Made by a program: the position numbers and the translations under genes. DNA of 64,000 bases. Source: Leucoraja ocellata. Lineage: Eukaryota. This document shows, piece after piece, positions 1 through 11,529 of the stretch (position 1 is its first letter; every line of letters begins with the position of its first letter). The notes under the pieces were generated by a model. It saw only the letters and a program-made list of their open reading frames with translations. It did no database searches and was not told the DNA's origin. Location of the stretch: positions 1,116,001 through 1,180,000 of the forward strand of contig JAWMAR010000155.1 in the NCBI GenBank assembly GCA_036785375.1, given 5' to 3'.

Positions 1-186
1 ATACAGTCTTTCTACATCTCAAACAACTGCAGGTTTGTAGGTTAATTGGTTTCTATAAATTGCTCCTAGTGTGTTGGATGTGAAACTGGGAAAACATAGA
101 ACTAGTGTGAATGTGTGATCGGTGGTTGACGCAGACTTATTGGGCTGAAGGCCCTATTTCCACGCTGTATCTCTAAACTAAACTAA
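1..186 (+). mobile_element. 3' part of tRNA-derived V-SINE (HE1-like)
   Basis: Contains the SINE body motif aggtttgtaggttaattgg and the tail gggctgaaggccctatttccacgctgtatctctaaactaaactaa, shared with many other copies in the window. Confidence 0.8.
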
Positions 187-772
187 GTTGCAGGTGATGT
201 CATCAAACTAGTCTAACAGTCAATCACAGTGAAGAATACCCACAGTTGGCAAAGTAACATTCATGCCAATAAAACCTCTTGGCAAATTAAAAGACTTCTT
301 CGCACCTTAACACTGCACCCAAAACCTAGGATTGTGCGTAATTCAAAAAACTGTGCACAGTGGGCAAAATTAAAATAGATCAAGGCTGAAGCAGAAATAT
401 CACAAATGTAATAAAAGATTAAAAAATCAAAAGAATTTCATAACCCCTGAGGAAATTAGATTCCATGCGAAAAATCAGATTTTCAGGGCCAGAGAGATTG
501 TTCAACAGTAACCTTTGCTTGTGACATTGCTAAAAATGTAGTCGCCCCTTATTCAACAAAGTATAACATATACAGTATTTTCCACAACTATTCCAGTTAA
601 TAAAAAGTCATGTTTCAGGCCAGCAATTCTTTGCTGGTTTTATCATCAAAGCAGTAAATTTTCAGGCCAGCAATTCTTTGCATTTCCATGTTTAACTGCA
701 TTGGTACAAATGTCAGAAGTAGTGGTCTGTGAAAGAGTAAGAATGCTCAACGTTACACAGTTTCAGATCATA

Positions 773-1071
773 CTAGACCAAGTGCAGACCCGTTGGGTCT
801 GTTTCCCCAACGCGTGTTTGCCGGGGGGGGGTGCGGCGTCACACTAACCACCTGGGTCTATTGGGTCTGTTCCTCCAAAGCACGGTTGCAGGGTGGGAAT
901 CTGGCTGGGGCTGGTGCAAAGGCATATGTAAATGGATCCATCCCGATTGGACATATGTGAGCATTGGGCATTGTGACATCACACGATGGAAACGAATCAA
1001 AAGGCAGACAGGCAGCCGGACGGACGGACGTCGGACGCCGGACGCCGGCAGGCATACAGTTTTAATATATA
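773..1071 (-). mobile_element. Non-autonomous Helitron-like element (copy A)
   Basis: On the minus strand, hairpin CAGACCC-AAC-GGGTCTG (785-801), an 8-nt spacer, then terminal CTAG (773-776) followed by T. The internal segment 930-1010 is homologous to 1550-1632. Confidence 0.7.
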
Positions 1072-1072
1072 A

Positions 1073-1700
1073 CTAGACCAAGTGCAGACCAGTTGGGTCT
1101 GCTCCCCCAATGGTGTGATCCCCCAACCCAATATTCCACCATGCACCCGTCTCCTCCAATGGAACTGAAGCCGTTCTCAAAAGTAAGATTCCAGCATTGC
1201 CCTGCCTCCCTCAGCAGTGGATTAAAAAAAAATCCAATGGCACCTACCCTGCCTGCTGCAGCAGTGAAAAGTTCAGAGTGTTCCTGTCTTGCAACTTTGT
1301 TTCGAAGTGTGTTGGAAGCTGACATGTAAATGGAGAAGCCGGTTTATTTTTGAAATACTTGGGGGTGGGGGGAAGAAGGATTTGATTAAAAACATGTACT
1401 TCAACACGACGAAATGTAATGAGGAGAGGATACTTAGAAAGAAAAGCGAAATCTCTACCGAAATGGAAAAGATCTCGGAGATTGAGCGTGTGGATTGGGC
1501 ATGGCAATGAATCAAAGGAAGAAATGCAGCCGGCAGCCGTGCATGCAAATGGATCCATTCCGATTGGACATCTGCGAGCATCGGCCATTCCGATTGGACA
1601 TCTGCGAGTATCGGGCACGAATCAAAAGGCAGAAAGGGATCCGGACGGCAGCCGGACGGATAGCCCCAGAGTTTTATAGATAAATAGATAGATAGATAGA
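1073..1700 (-). mobile_element. Non-autonomous Helitron-like element (copy B)
   Basis: The minus strand starts A|TC(TATC)n at 1700 and ends with the hairpin GCAGACC-N5-GGTCTGC (1084-1102), then CTAG|T (1073-1076). This is the canonical Helitron TC...CTAG arrangement in an AT target, with no TSD. Confidence 0.75.
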
Positions 1701-1789
1701 TATTCCATGCTGTTTTAATAACAATATGAAAGCAGTGAACAGGTTCATCAACAGTGCAAAGGAGATTTCACAGGTATTGTCACAGAAAT

Positions 1790-2085
1790 TAGCTGATAGA
1801 GCTGCTGCCTAAGAGCGTCAGAGACCCGGGTTCAATCCTAACCTCAGGTGCTGCATGTGTCAAGATTGCACATTCTCCCTGTGACCGCGTGGTTTTCGCT
1901 GGGGGCTTTGGTTTCCACCCACATCACAATTCATGGAGGTTTGTAGATTGAGTGATTGGTCTCTGTAAATTGACCCTAGTGTGTAGGGAGTTCATGAAAA
2001 AGTGGGATAACATAGAACTAATGCGAATAGGTGATTGATGGCTGGCATGGACTCAGTGGGCCGAATGGATAGTTTCCATGCTTTA
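1790..2085 (+). mobile_element. V-SINE (HE1-like), diverged
   Basis: tRNA-like head with B-box (gggttcaatcct), body ttctccctgtgaccgcgtgg and the LINE-like tail. Confidence 0.8.
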
Positions 2086-2325
2086 TAGAAACATAGAAAA
2101 TAGGTGCAGGAGGAGGCCATTCGCCCCCTATCAATAACCCGTGCCTGCCTTCTCCCCATATCCCTTGACTCCACTAGCCATTAGAGCTCTATCTAACTCT
2201 CTCTTAAATCCATCCAGTGACTTGGCCTCCACTGCCCTCTGTGGCAGGGAATTCCATAAATTCACAACTCTCTGGGTGAAAAAGTTTTTTCTCACCTCAG
2301 TCTTAAATGACCTCCCCTTTATCTT
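2086..2325 (-). mobile_element. CR1-like LINE 3' fragment
   Basis: Reverse complement of the CR1 ORF2 end (FFTQRVVNLWNSLP motif) plus the catagaaa tail repeats. Confidence 0.75.
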
Positions 2326-2484
2326 TCAATCAATCAATTAAATTTTGAGCTATACATGAACCCATTTTGAATTTGTTTAGCCATGCCGCGAAAAGGTAGC
2401 AAGAAACAATAAAATATGTTTCACTTTATTTTTAACAAGTAGCTTTTACTGCAAGTGTGTATATTCTGTATGTATTTCATATAT

Positions 2485-2630
2485 TGCACTCCATATCTTC
2501 CCCTATGCTCTGTCTATTGTACTCGACTTCGATTTGATTGTATAGATGCATCTGATGTTTGGATAGCATGCAAAGCAAAGCTAGTTGCTGTACCTCGGTC
2601 CTTGTGACAATAATAAACCGAAACCGAAAT
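2485..2630 (+). mobile_element. LINE 3' tail (Rex1/Babar- or L2-like)
   Basis: Tail ggatagcatgcaaa...ctgtacctcggt...gtgacaataataaac, shared with 20880-21030 and, inverted, 32060-32180. The clade assignment is tentative. Confidence 0.55.
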
Positions 2631-2763
2631 ATAAACATAAATATATTCAGTATTATTGGTTCTTACATGATTCTGTTCCCTAATTTCTGGTTCACATAGT
2701 ACTTTTGAAAAAGCCCTCAACATCACAGAAAACAGAAATGCTCTGCAGTAAAGGAGCAGTCAA

Positions 2764-2981
2764 AATGTAGAAACAAGGAACTGCAGATGCCAAATTTAAA
2801 AAAAAGACACAGAATGCTGGAGTAAGTCAACGGGTCAGGCAGCATCCCTGGAGACATGAATAGGTCAGGATCCTTCCTCAGTCTGATGTTGATAGAAATT
2901 TCCAACCCAAAACATCACCCATCCATGTCCTCCAGGGATGGTGCCTGACCCACTGTTTTAATCCCGCATTCTGTGTCTTTC
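2764..2981. mobile_element. Penelope-derived short palindromic element
   Basis: Left arm gacacagaatgctggagtaa...caggcagcatccctggagacatg is the diverged inverse of right arm catgtcctccagggatggtgcctgaccc...gcattctgtgtc. It is related to the ends of the 26865-27446 element. Confidence 0.65.
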
Positions 2982-3554
2982 CATGGTCTGACGTAACCTG
3001 GGATCAGGAATTAATATGAATAAGCCATTGAAGAAATGGGAAGAGAATACTTAAGGGATGAGAGCACTTGAGCTAGGGAAAGCAGTAAAAATGCAGGTAT
3101 TTACGGGTAAAAAGTCTCGATATTTTGGATTTAGGAGAGGAAGTGGGTATAGAAAGAGGAAAACTGGAGAAGAATCCAAATATTCAACAGACTTTGCAGG
3201 ACATTAGAGTAATAGAGTTCCCAAGGATTTAGTTATGAAATATAGAATCTCTAAAAAAACTAGAAAAGACCAAAGCTGCCAATGGAGTTTCTCAAATCAT
3301 TTGGGCACCATTATGCACAACAGGCACTGTATGCATTATCTTCACCCATTATGAGCACGCTTCTGTTAGTCCTGACTTGCTATAACATGAACTCTATTAT
3401 TGTAGATATTGGACAGTTTGTCATGGGCTCTCTGATATTTCATGATAGATGTAAGAAATAAAATTAGCAGCTTTGCCAGATTAACATCTTTAATAAAAGT
3501 GTCTCAATTTTAATGTGTTTTCTGAATTTTTAATATTTTCCCTCGGCATGAAAT

Positions 3555-4050
3555 GTCAAATCAACTAAAAATGGCAATGCAAATTGCTGTGTACATGGGT
3601 AAAGACAGTGGAGAGGAGGGTATTATCTTGGAAAATTAACTAATGCAATCAGTTTGGATAGAAGCAAGAAACAGTAACAGGCAGAAAATGTTGATCGAAT
3701 TTGCCAATAGGCTCTCAAATCATGGTGGTAATATAGGACAAAGTATGTCAGAAAATGTGAGGAACATCTTACGAGGGAATAGTGTAATCAAAACAAACTT
3801 TGATCTGCAATTGACTGGGCATACCAAATAAGCAATAAAAATCTGGAAGAGAAATGCATGGAATTTATACAAGGTCTAGATCAACACTTTGAGTACCGAC
3901 TCCAGCACAGGCAAGTTTACATCTAGATTTCTGCAATAAAAAGGATTAGTTTATAATCTTGCAGTTTAGGGGCCTAAAGTGATTATAATATGAAAAAAGA
4001 AGATCTATCCATAACCAGGGTCTTAAATTAAAACAAAGCAAATTATAAAC
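3555..4050 (+). mobile_element. Degenerate CR1 ORF2 (endonuclease region)
   Basis: The ORF 3643-3831 peptide QSVWIEARN...KMLI...NFDLQLTG resembles the CR1 AP-endonuclease segment ESIWVELRN...GDFN. Confidence 0.5.
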
Positions 4051-4068
4051 CTATTATGCTAAATATGG

Positions 4069-4342
4069 GAGGCACAGTGGTGCAGCTAGTAGAGATGCTG
4101 CCTTATCGTGCCAGAGAATCTGGATCGATTATGATCTCGGGTGCACTCTGTGGAGTTTGCACATTCTCCCCGTATCCATGTGAATTTCCTTTGGGTGCTC
4201 CAGCTTCCTTCAGCACCCAAACGAAAGGGAAAAGTGGGATAGCATAGAACATAGAACATAGAATGAGTGATCATTGGCCCGGATGGACTCGGTGGGCTAA
4301 GAGGTCTGTTTCCACATTGTACCATTCAATTCAACTCAATTT
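4069..4342 (+). mobile_element. V-SINE (HE1-like) with internal deletion
   Basis: Head ggcacagtggtgcagctagtagagatgctgcc (A-box-like), body and tail ggactcggtgggctaagagg... Confidence 0.8.
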
Positions 4343-4351
4343 AGCTATGGT

Positions 4352-4778
4352 AGACAATAGACAATAGACAACAGACAATAGGTGCAGGAGTAGGCCATTT
4401 GGCCCTTCGAGCCAGCACAGCCATTCAATGTGATCATGGCTGATCATCCCCAATCAGTACCCCGTTCCTGCCTTCTCCCCATATACCCTGACTCTGCTAT
4501 TTTTAAGAGCCCTATCTAGCTCTCTCTTGAAAGCATCCAGATAACCTGCCTTCACCGCCCTCTGAGGCAGAGAATTCCACAGACTCACCACTCTCTGTGA
4601 GAAAAAGTGTTTCTTCGTATCCGTTCTAAATGGCTTACTCCTTATTCTTAAACTGTGGCCCCTGGTTCAGGACTCCCCCAACATCAGGAACATGATTCCT
4701 GCCTCTAGCGTGTCCAAGCCCTTAACAACCTTATATGTTTCAATGAGATACCCTCTCATCCTTCTAAACTCCAGAGTA
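4352..4778 (-). mobile_element. CR1 LINE 3' fragment
   Basis: (tagacaa)n tail, gcaggagtaggccattcggccc-type 3' motif and reverse-strand ORF2 end (FFSQRVVSLWNSLPQR). Confidence 0.85.
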
Positions 4779-5119
4779 GATTTGACATCATACATAGATC
4801 ACAAGAAATTTACATCCTTTTAAGCACAAAATGCAACAGGAAAAGTGGCCCATTTATAGCTTTCAAGAGAAGTTAAAGATTTAATAAGTTGAAAGGAAAA
4901 GGCTTAAGATTTTGCCAAAAAAGCAGTATGTTTGTGGATTGAGAAACTTTCAGATTCCAGATGAGGATCAAGAAATCGATCACAAAAAAGTAAAATACAG
5001 GAGTAATCCAGTGAGAAAGTTGAAAACAGTTTTAAAACAAAGTTTAGAAAAACTTCAATTATGCAAAAAAGGAAGACAAATTATATTGGGGAATAGAAAT
5101 TAGAATAGAAATTTGGTAA

Positions 5120-5210
5120 ATACGAAATGCTGGAGTAACTCAATGGGATTGGCAGCATCTCCGGAAAAAAAGAATGGGTGACATTTCGGGTCGAGACCCT
5201 TCTTCAGACA
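5120..5210 (-). mobile_element. Penelope-derived pLTR fragment with hammerhead-like motif
   Basis: The minus strand reads GT-CTGAAGA-A-GGGTCTCGACCC-GAAA-TGTC-AC, followed by the pLTR sequence shared with the other copies. Confidence 0.65.
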
Positions 5211-5539
5211 TAGAAAGTTTAATAGAAAGTGTTGGATATACCCAACAGGTCAAGTAACTCCTGTGAAGAGAGAAGTAGAGTTATCATTTCAGGTTAATGT
5301 CTTACCATCAAAGATGTCTAATATGTTGAGTATTTGCAGCTCTTCCTAGTTTTGTTACTTATTTGCAGCAAATACAGTTCCCTTTGCTATTCAATTGAGG
5401 AAAAGGGAAGCATTCAATTATATTTTTGTCTATATTGATAAAAGATATAGACAAGATAAGCAAACCTGAAATGTTGGAGGGCAGCACGTCTAAAGGGAAT
5501 GGAGAGTTGAAGGAATGGGGAGTATCATGTTAAACTGCA

Positions 5540-6135
5540 GAAAATAATGGGACTAAATTCTTAAACTGTAAATTTCCAGGACTTAATGACGGGTACCCCC
5601 GAGGTTTTGAAAGAGGCGATGGTGACAGTGGATGCATTAGTTATTATATTCAAGCATTCTCTGGACTATGTAATGGTCTCCATGGATTTGGAACGTTGAA
5701 AATGTAAATGTATTTAAGAAAGCAGGGAGAACGAAAACAGCAAACAACAGGCATTTTAGCCTTTATCAGAGAAAATGTGGCATTTAGGAAAGATACTAGC
5801 AATGATCGAGGATCAGTTAATGGACAAAAGACAGGGTATGAACTGGGTATAAAAGGTAATTTTCTAATTTTATTTGATTCTCATTTAGTTTGACTTCTGG
5901 AGTGCCGCCCAAACCAGTCCCCAGCTGTTCACAATATAGAACAAGGATTTGGATGAAGGGACCAAATGTAATATATTCAAGATTGCCATTGATGCAAGGT
6001 TCAATTACAGTATGAGATGTGTGGAGGTTGCAGAAAGGCTTCAAGAAGAAATGTACAGACTAACTGAATAGGACAGGAGATGGCAAATGAAATACTGTAT
6101 CATATAAACTTGGCAAAAAATGGAAAGCAAATCTT
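5540..6135 (+). mobile_element. Old degenerate CR1 ORF2 (RT region)
   Basis: Frameshifted remnants resembling CR1 RT motifs (KSPGxDGxxPRVLKE, TSGVP, DLDEG, W...WQM). Confidence 0.5.
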
Positions 6136-6142
6136 TTTTTAA

Positions 6143-6550
6143 TAGCAGAAGGTTAAGGGGGGACTTGATAGAGGTCTTTAAAATGGTGAGAGGGATAGAC
6201 AGAGTTGATGTGAACAAGTTTTTCCCTTTGAGAATAGGGAAGATTCAAACAAGAGGACATGACTTCAGAATTAAGGGACAGAAGTTTAGGGGTAACATGA
6301 GGGGGAACTTCTTTACTCAGAGAGTGGTAGCGGTGTGGAATGAGCTTCCAGTGGAAGTGGTGGAGGCAGGTTCGTTGGTATCATTTAAAAATAAATTGGA
6401 TAGGCATATGGATGAGAAGGGAATGGAGGATTATGGTATGAGTGCAGGCAGGTGGGACTAAGGGAAAATAATTGTTCGGCACGGACTTGTAGGGCCGAGA
6501 TGGCCTGTTTCCGTGCTGTAATTGTTATATGGTTATATGGTTGTTATATA
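6143..6550 (+). mobile_element. Young 5'-truncated CR1 LINE 3' end
   Basis: Open frame RRLRGDLIEVFKMVRGIDRVD...TRGH...FFTQRVVAVWNELP matches the CR1 ORF2 C-terminus. It is followed by a 3' UTR and (gttatatg)n tail, and is nested within older CR1 sequence. Confidence 0.9.
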
Positions 6551-6554
6551 GTTA

Positions 6555-6940
6555 GAAATTGAAACATGTTGGCGTTCAATGAGGTTTGACAGAGTAGATA
6601 TGAATTGACATTTCTCCTGGCTGGGTTGCCTTGAACCAGGGCTCACAGCCTCAAAAGTAGAAGTTGTCTGCTCAGGATTGAAATGGAAGAAATTTCTTAA
6701 CCCAGATAGCAACGAATCCTTGGAATTCTGTAACTCGAATGGGCTATAGAAGTGCAGCTGCTGAGTACAATCAAAACAGAGAGAGATAGATTTTAGGATG
6801 TTGAATCAAGAGATGTAGGGTTAGTGCAGGAGAATGCCAGTGAGGTAAAAGGTCATCCATGATCCTGTGAAAAGGCACTGAAAGTGCAAGGCTTTGGTTG
6901 CATCACACCTGTTTTTATTTAACTTCTTATGTTCTCATGT
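6555..6940 (+). mobile_element. Older CR1 3' fragment
   Basis: Degenerate gacagagtagat...aatttcttaacccag...tggaattct motifs paralleling the young copy. Confidence 0.6.
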
Positions 6941-7245
6941 TAACCATCATACGTACTGTCCAACAATTTACTGTCTTGTAAAATGAGAATTCTGACAATA
7001 ACCATGGGTTACTGTCAAGGAAGATCAAGGAAGAAAGTAGAACTGAGGCTAATATTAGATCATTTAGGAACTATTGATTGGGGGCTTGGCTCGAGGAAAT
7101 GAATGGACCACTTGCTCCCATTACTTATTCTTTTACGAAACACAGTTATCTCAACTGAAAAATGTAACATTCATTCTTCCACATAGTCTTTCAGAAAAAT
7201 AGAAAAGTAATCAGAGGTCCACACAGAGGGGAGGAACAATCTTCC

Positions 7246-7578
7246 ACAGTGATGTATCTGCTATAGCCGTTGCTGCACAGTGCCAGAGACAAGGGTTCAA
7301 TCTTCACATCAAGTACTGTTTGCATTAAGTTTACAAGTTCTCCCTATGACTGCATCAATTACTTCAAGGGGTTACAGTTTCCTCCCACATTCAAGTTTGT
7401 AGATCAATTGACTGCTGAAAATTATTCTTGGTGTGTAGATGAGCCGTAGGATTTGTACGTAGTTGATAAGATTGCATTAATGTAGAATTAATATAAATGG
7501 ATGGTTGATTGTTGGCGCAGACCTGATAAGATGAAGGGCATGGAGCCATGGTATATCTCTGTAAGATACTATGACTCT
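7246..7578 (+). mobile_element. Old V-SINE
   Basis: Degenerate head (gccagagacaagggttcaatc), ttcctcccacat core and tail. Confidence 0.65.
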
Positions 7579-8580
7579 CTAAACTCTTCAGGTGCCTGAT
7601 AGACTAATTACTGGAACATTCTACATTCTTCCCATCTTTAGAATGAACAGGTACCAATATGACATATTTTGCAGCATGCATGTGCTTAAGATGACAGATA
7701 CTGTTCTGGAAAGATGTACATTTGACAGAACAAATACCATTCTGAAACATTTCACAGCCTGTTCATGGCCAGAATGGACAAATAGAATTGCAAGTTGAAA
7801 GTTAGGTGGAAAATAAACTGTTGACACAAGCTTTGGTATTGTTTGATTGCTTTAAGGAGAAATGTCTCATGAAAACTAAAGAAGATGCAAAGGTAAATTT
7901 AGTTATTTTAATGAAGTCCTAAAAAGCTACGTATTTAATTCTGATCTTTTCAATAAACTATTTTATTTTGATTGTTATTTTTGTGGTTAAGAATTACAAC
8001 TACTGAGAAAAGATCAGGGTTTGCAAGGATTGTTAGCAAATGTGCAAAGGTTTGAGATTCGGGTCAAATGTATTTCACTGGTGATCGGAATGTATTTCAC
8101 CGGACATCAGAATTGGCCCATGTTTACAAAGAAAGATGCTGTGGAATTTAGTCATGGATTTCCATCTTCCTACTAGAGTTTAGGGATGATCAGCCATGAT
8201 CAACCATGATCACATTAAATGGCGGTGCTGGCTCGAAGGGCTGAATGGCTCCTCCTGCACCTATTGGCTATTCTCTATTGTCTATTTACACAAAAATTCA
8301 AAGCACATGTACATTGAATTTCTGAGTTAAGTCTAACAGAAGTGATCAACGTGTTAAGTGCCTATTTACAAAAGGAGGGGTATGCTTTGAAATTTTAAAG
8401 AAACTGCAGATCTGGAAATCTGAAACATAAAAACAGAAAATGCTGAAAAACTCAGTAAGTTAGCCAGCATCAGTGGAAAGGGAAACAGTCAATGTTTCAA
8501 GTCAGTGACCCAACAGCAAGTGACCATTAGTTTTTCTCATTGTATTTCAAGACTTTAACAACTAAGCTAAAAATACTGTA

Positions 8581-8760
8581 CAACCTCCGTGCGGTTCCAG
8601 GAGGTTCCCGGAGGTTTTTGTCAGTCTCCCTACCTGCTTCCACTACCTGCAACCTCTGGCAACAACCTGCAACCTCCGGGAACCACACAAAAACCTTGGG
8701 TGGGGCGCAAAGTCTCCAGAGGTTTCCATTCAGGTTTCCTAAGTGTGACAGGGGCATTAA
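8581..8760. mobile_element. Truncated MITE (PIF/Harbinger-like)
   Basis: The right end aagtgtgacaggggca resembles the TIR of the 26113-26335 MITE (aagtgggacaggcc). Internal inverted repeats (ggttcccggaggtt / aacctccgggaacc) are present; the left TIR is absent. Confidence 0.5.
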
Positions 8761-9029
8761 CAACACAGTAAATTATAATTTATTACAGGAGAACCATGAA
8801 CAACCAGTGAAATGCAAGTCATAGATCAATGTGGGATGGTCTATTTTTGGGAAGATCAACATGAAGATGCAGTATAATGTTGTTGGTGCAATTTTGCATA
8901 GTCAAACAGCACACCTGAGAGTAGATATTCACAAATGTTTAATGGGTCATGAGGAAATGACAAGGTAATTCTGAAAATACATGGATGCTTTATAACTAGA
9001 GAGACTGAATACAAAACAAGATCATCTCT

Positions 9030-9356
9030 GACTCCTCTCACCCTGGCCACAAACTCTTTGAATCACTTCCCTCTGGAAGGTGACTCCGGACTGTCAAAGC
9101 TGCCACAGCTGCCACAGCCAGACATAAAAATAGCTTTTTTCCACAAGTAGTAGCTCTACTCAATAACCAAACATGTATTTAGTCTCCTTTTGCTCTGGTA
9201 TTTTATTTAATTCACATATTTCATTGATAATGTTTTATTATTAAAGTTTTATGTGTCATTTCTAACTGTCACTGTATGTTATGTTGTCACTTGCGGGTGG
9301 AGCTCCAAGGCAAATTCCTTCTATGTGAATATTTGGCCAATAAACTTATTCATTCA
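9030..9356 (+). mobile_element. LINE 3' fragment (Rex1/L2-like)
   Basis: ORF-end remnant (HPGHKLFESLPSGR) and a tail ending aataaacttattcattca. Confidence 0.6.
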
Positions 9357-10337
9357 CGATGTCGTTAAACATTCCCAAATCTCCAACTAGACCTTAGCCA
9401 GAGTGTTAAGTTCATAAATCTAATATATCCTGAAGAGGAGATGGAATAATCAAGCAGGGTGCTATTGGCGATGATGTGTTTCTGTTATGTGGAGAGTTTG
9501 GAGAAGCTGGTGGTGTTCTGCTTAGAAAATGGAAAGGAAACTACAACTGAGGTATTCAAAATCAAAAGGGACTTGACCCAAATCATTTCCTATCCATGTC
9601 CTCTAGAGTTGCTGCCAGGCTCGCTGAGTTACTCCAGCACTTTGTGTTCTACAAAGAGTAAGTAGGTGGTGGGTTTCCATCCATCACACATACAAAAATT
9701 GGCAAAAGATCTAGAAAGTGAAATGAGGCGTTTTTTACACACAGGCAACTTTTAAGATTTGGAAAGTATTGCAGGAAATTGTAGTGGAATCAGAATTCAT
9801 AGGAACTTTCAAAAGGCACTTTGAGGGTACTTGAAAAGAGCTAATTTACAGACAAAGACTGTAATGTGGGATTCAATTGTACAACTCTGGTTAAATGGCC
9901 ATTTTCTGTGCTGTGAGTTACTTTCAACCATGTTTTATAGAAATCGGCTAACTTCGACAACCAGCTATTAATCAAAGAATGGATGTTACTGCTCGGCTAC
10001 AGTGTGAAAGTCTGCCCAGTGTCATTCATCACACAGGGATGAAATCACAATGAAGTTTGGTTAACATTTCAAATGGACACAATAGTTCATATGAATCCAA
10101 TTCTTCCCAGATCTATCTCAATGAGATCAGTTTGTATTGCAGATCTGTAGGCACCCTATCATGTATTCTTAGAATCAACACAATCAAGTAAAAAGACACA
10201 CAAACATATGTGTCCATGTATGCACATGCCATCAGACAAGCATAAATGCACAGAAACACACGAGTACATAATACTTATCACACAGAAATATGCAAGATTA
10301 CAAAAGTAATTATTAGCCACATACAGTCAAGCACAAA

Positions 10338-10536
10338 CACATGCATCCACATGCATCCACATGCATCCACATGTATTCACATGCATCCACGTGCATCCAC
10401 ATGCATCCACATGCATCCACATACATTCACATGCATCCACATGCATCCACATGCATTCACATGCATCCACATGCACCCACATGCATCCACATGCATTCAC
10501 ATGCATCCACATGCATCCACATGCATTCCACATGCA
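10338..10536 (+). repeat. 10-bp minisatellite (CACATGCATC)n, about 19 units
   Basis: Directly visible tandem repeat with CACATGCATT variants. Confidence 0.95.
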
Positions 10537-10609
10537 CACACACTCACACATTCACAGATAGGCACATGAAAAAAATAGGAACATATGGTCATTTATTGAT
10601 ACAAAAGAC

Positions 10610-11160
10610 AACACTCCACCTCTCAGCCAGTCTCCATGCATCCAGATGACTAGTCAGTGTAAAGAGGTGATGGGTGCAGCAAGTGCTGGATGTATCTAGG
10701 TGAGGAAGTAACCTTATTTTCTGCCTCAGTAGTTTGTCACCCTAACGCATAAACATTGAATTCCCTAATTTCAGGTAACCTGCTCCCCCTCATTCCCTCT
10801 ATCCATCTGGATCCTCCCACACATATCATTCTTTCCCAATCCACTCCATCTGCTCCACTCCAGACATTCCACCCATTGAGTGCCCTCCCCTTGACTGTTC
10901 CCATCACTAAGCCTCCCTTACTTGATCCAATTCTCCATCTTCCTTTCCCATTAGATTCCATCAGCAGTAGTAGTCCCCGATTACCTCCACCAATCATGCT
11001 CCAGCCTCTGTTGTCATCTCCACTCCACTTTCCATTTGGCTCCATTCACCTATTCACCCTTCCTCTACTGGATCTGCTCATCTTGTGCCAGCTCTTGCCT
11101 CACCTCCCTCACCTCACCCCCCCCCCCCTTGACGTTCTGCCATCATCCACTGCTTCTTAT
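10610..11160 (+). mobile_element. Degenerate Penelope-like element 3' region
   Basis: aaacattgaattccctaatttcaggtaa encodes NIEFPNFR*, paralleling NIEFSQFC* in the young copy, and is followed by a C/T-rich UTR. Confidence 0.55.
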
Positions 11161-11529
11161 CATTCTGCTAATTTTGAATCTAGTTTTCCAACAGACTTTA
11201 GATCACATGTACCCTAACCTTCTGGACCTGCCTGCAGTGCTGGACATCATCAAATGCTTTGCTAAAGTCCATGTAAACCAGTAAAAAGTGCAGTGAAAAA
11301 CATTGAGGAAAGTAATGGGGCAATTGATGCAGCCTTGCTAGATACCCATCTACACTGAGACTATGTATAGAGCGGACTCACGACTTAAGATTACAGTTTT
11401 GATGCCGTCATGTAGCAGACTTGAGACGGTGATGAATTTCTCTATGTGGCCAAATTTGTGGAGGATACTCCACAGTCACTCTCGATTGCTGGAGTTAAAG
11501 ACTTTAGTGAAATCAAGAAATGCCAAAAT

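Noticed and set aside
831-1683. Cluster of overlapping ORFs
   Set aside because: GC-rich interior of non-autonomous Helitrons; no Rep or helicase motifs.
6120-6461. 113-aa ORF as a host gene
   Set aside because: CR1 ORF2 C-terminus.
10246-10649. His-rich ORFs (MHPHASTCIH)n
   Set aside because: Translations of the stop-free 10-bp minisatellite in several frames.
10756-11217. 153-aa Pro/Leu/Ser-rich ORF
   Set aside because: Comes from the C/T-rich UTR of a degenerate Penelope-like element.
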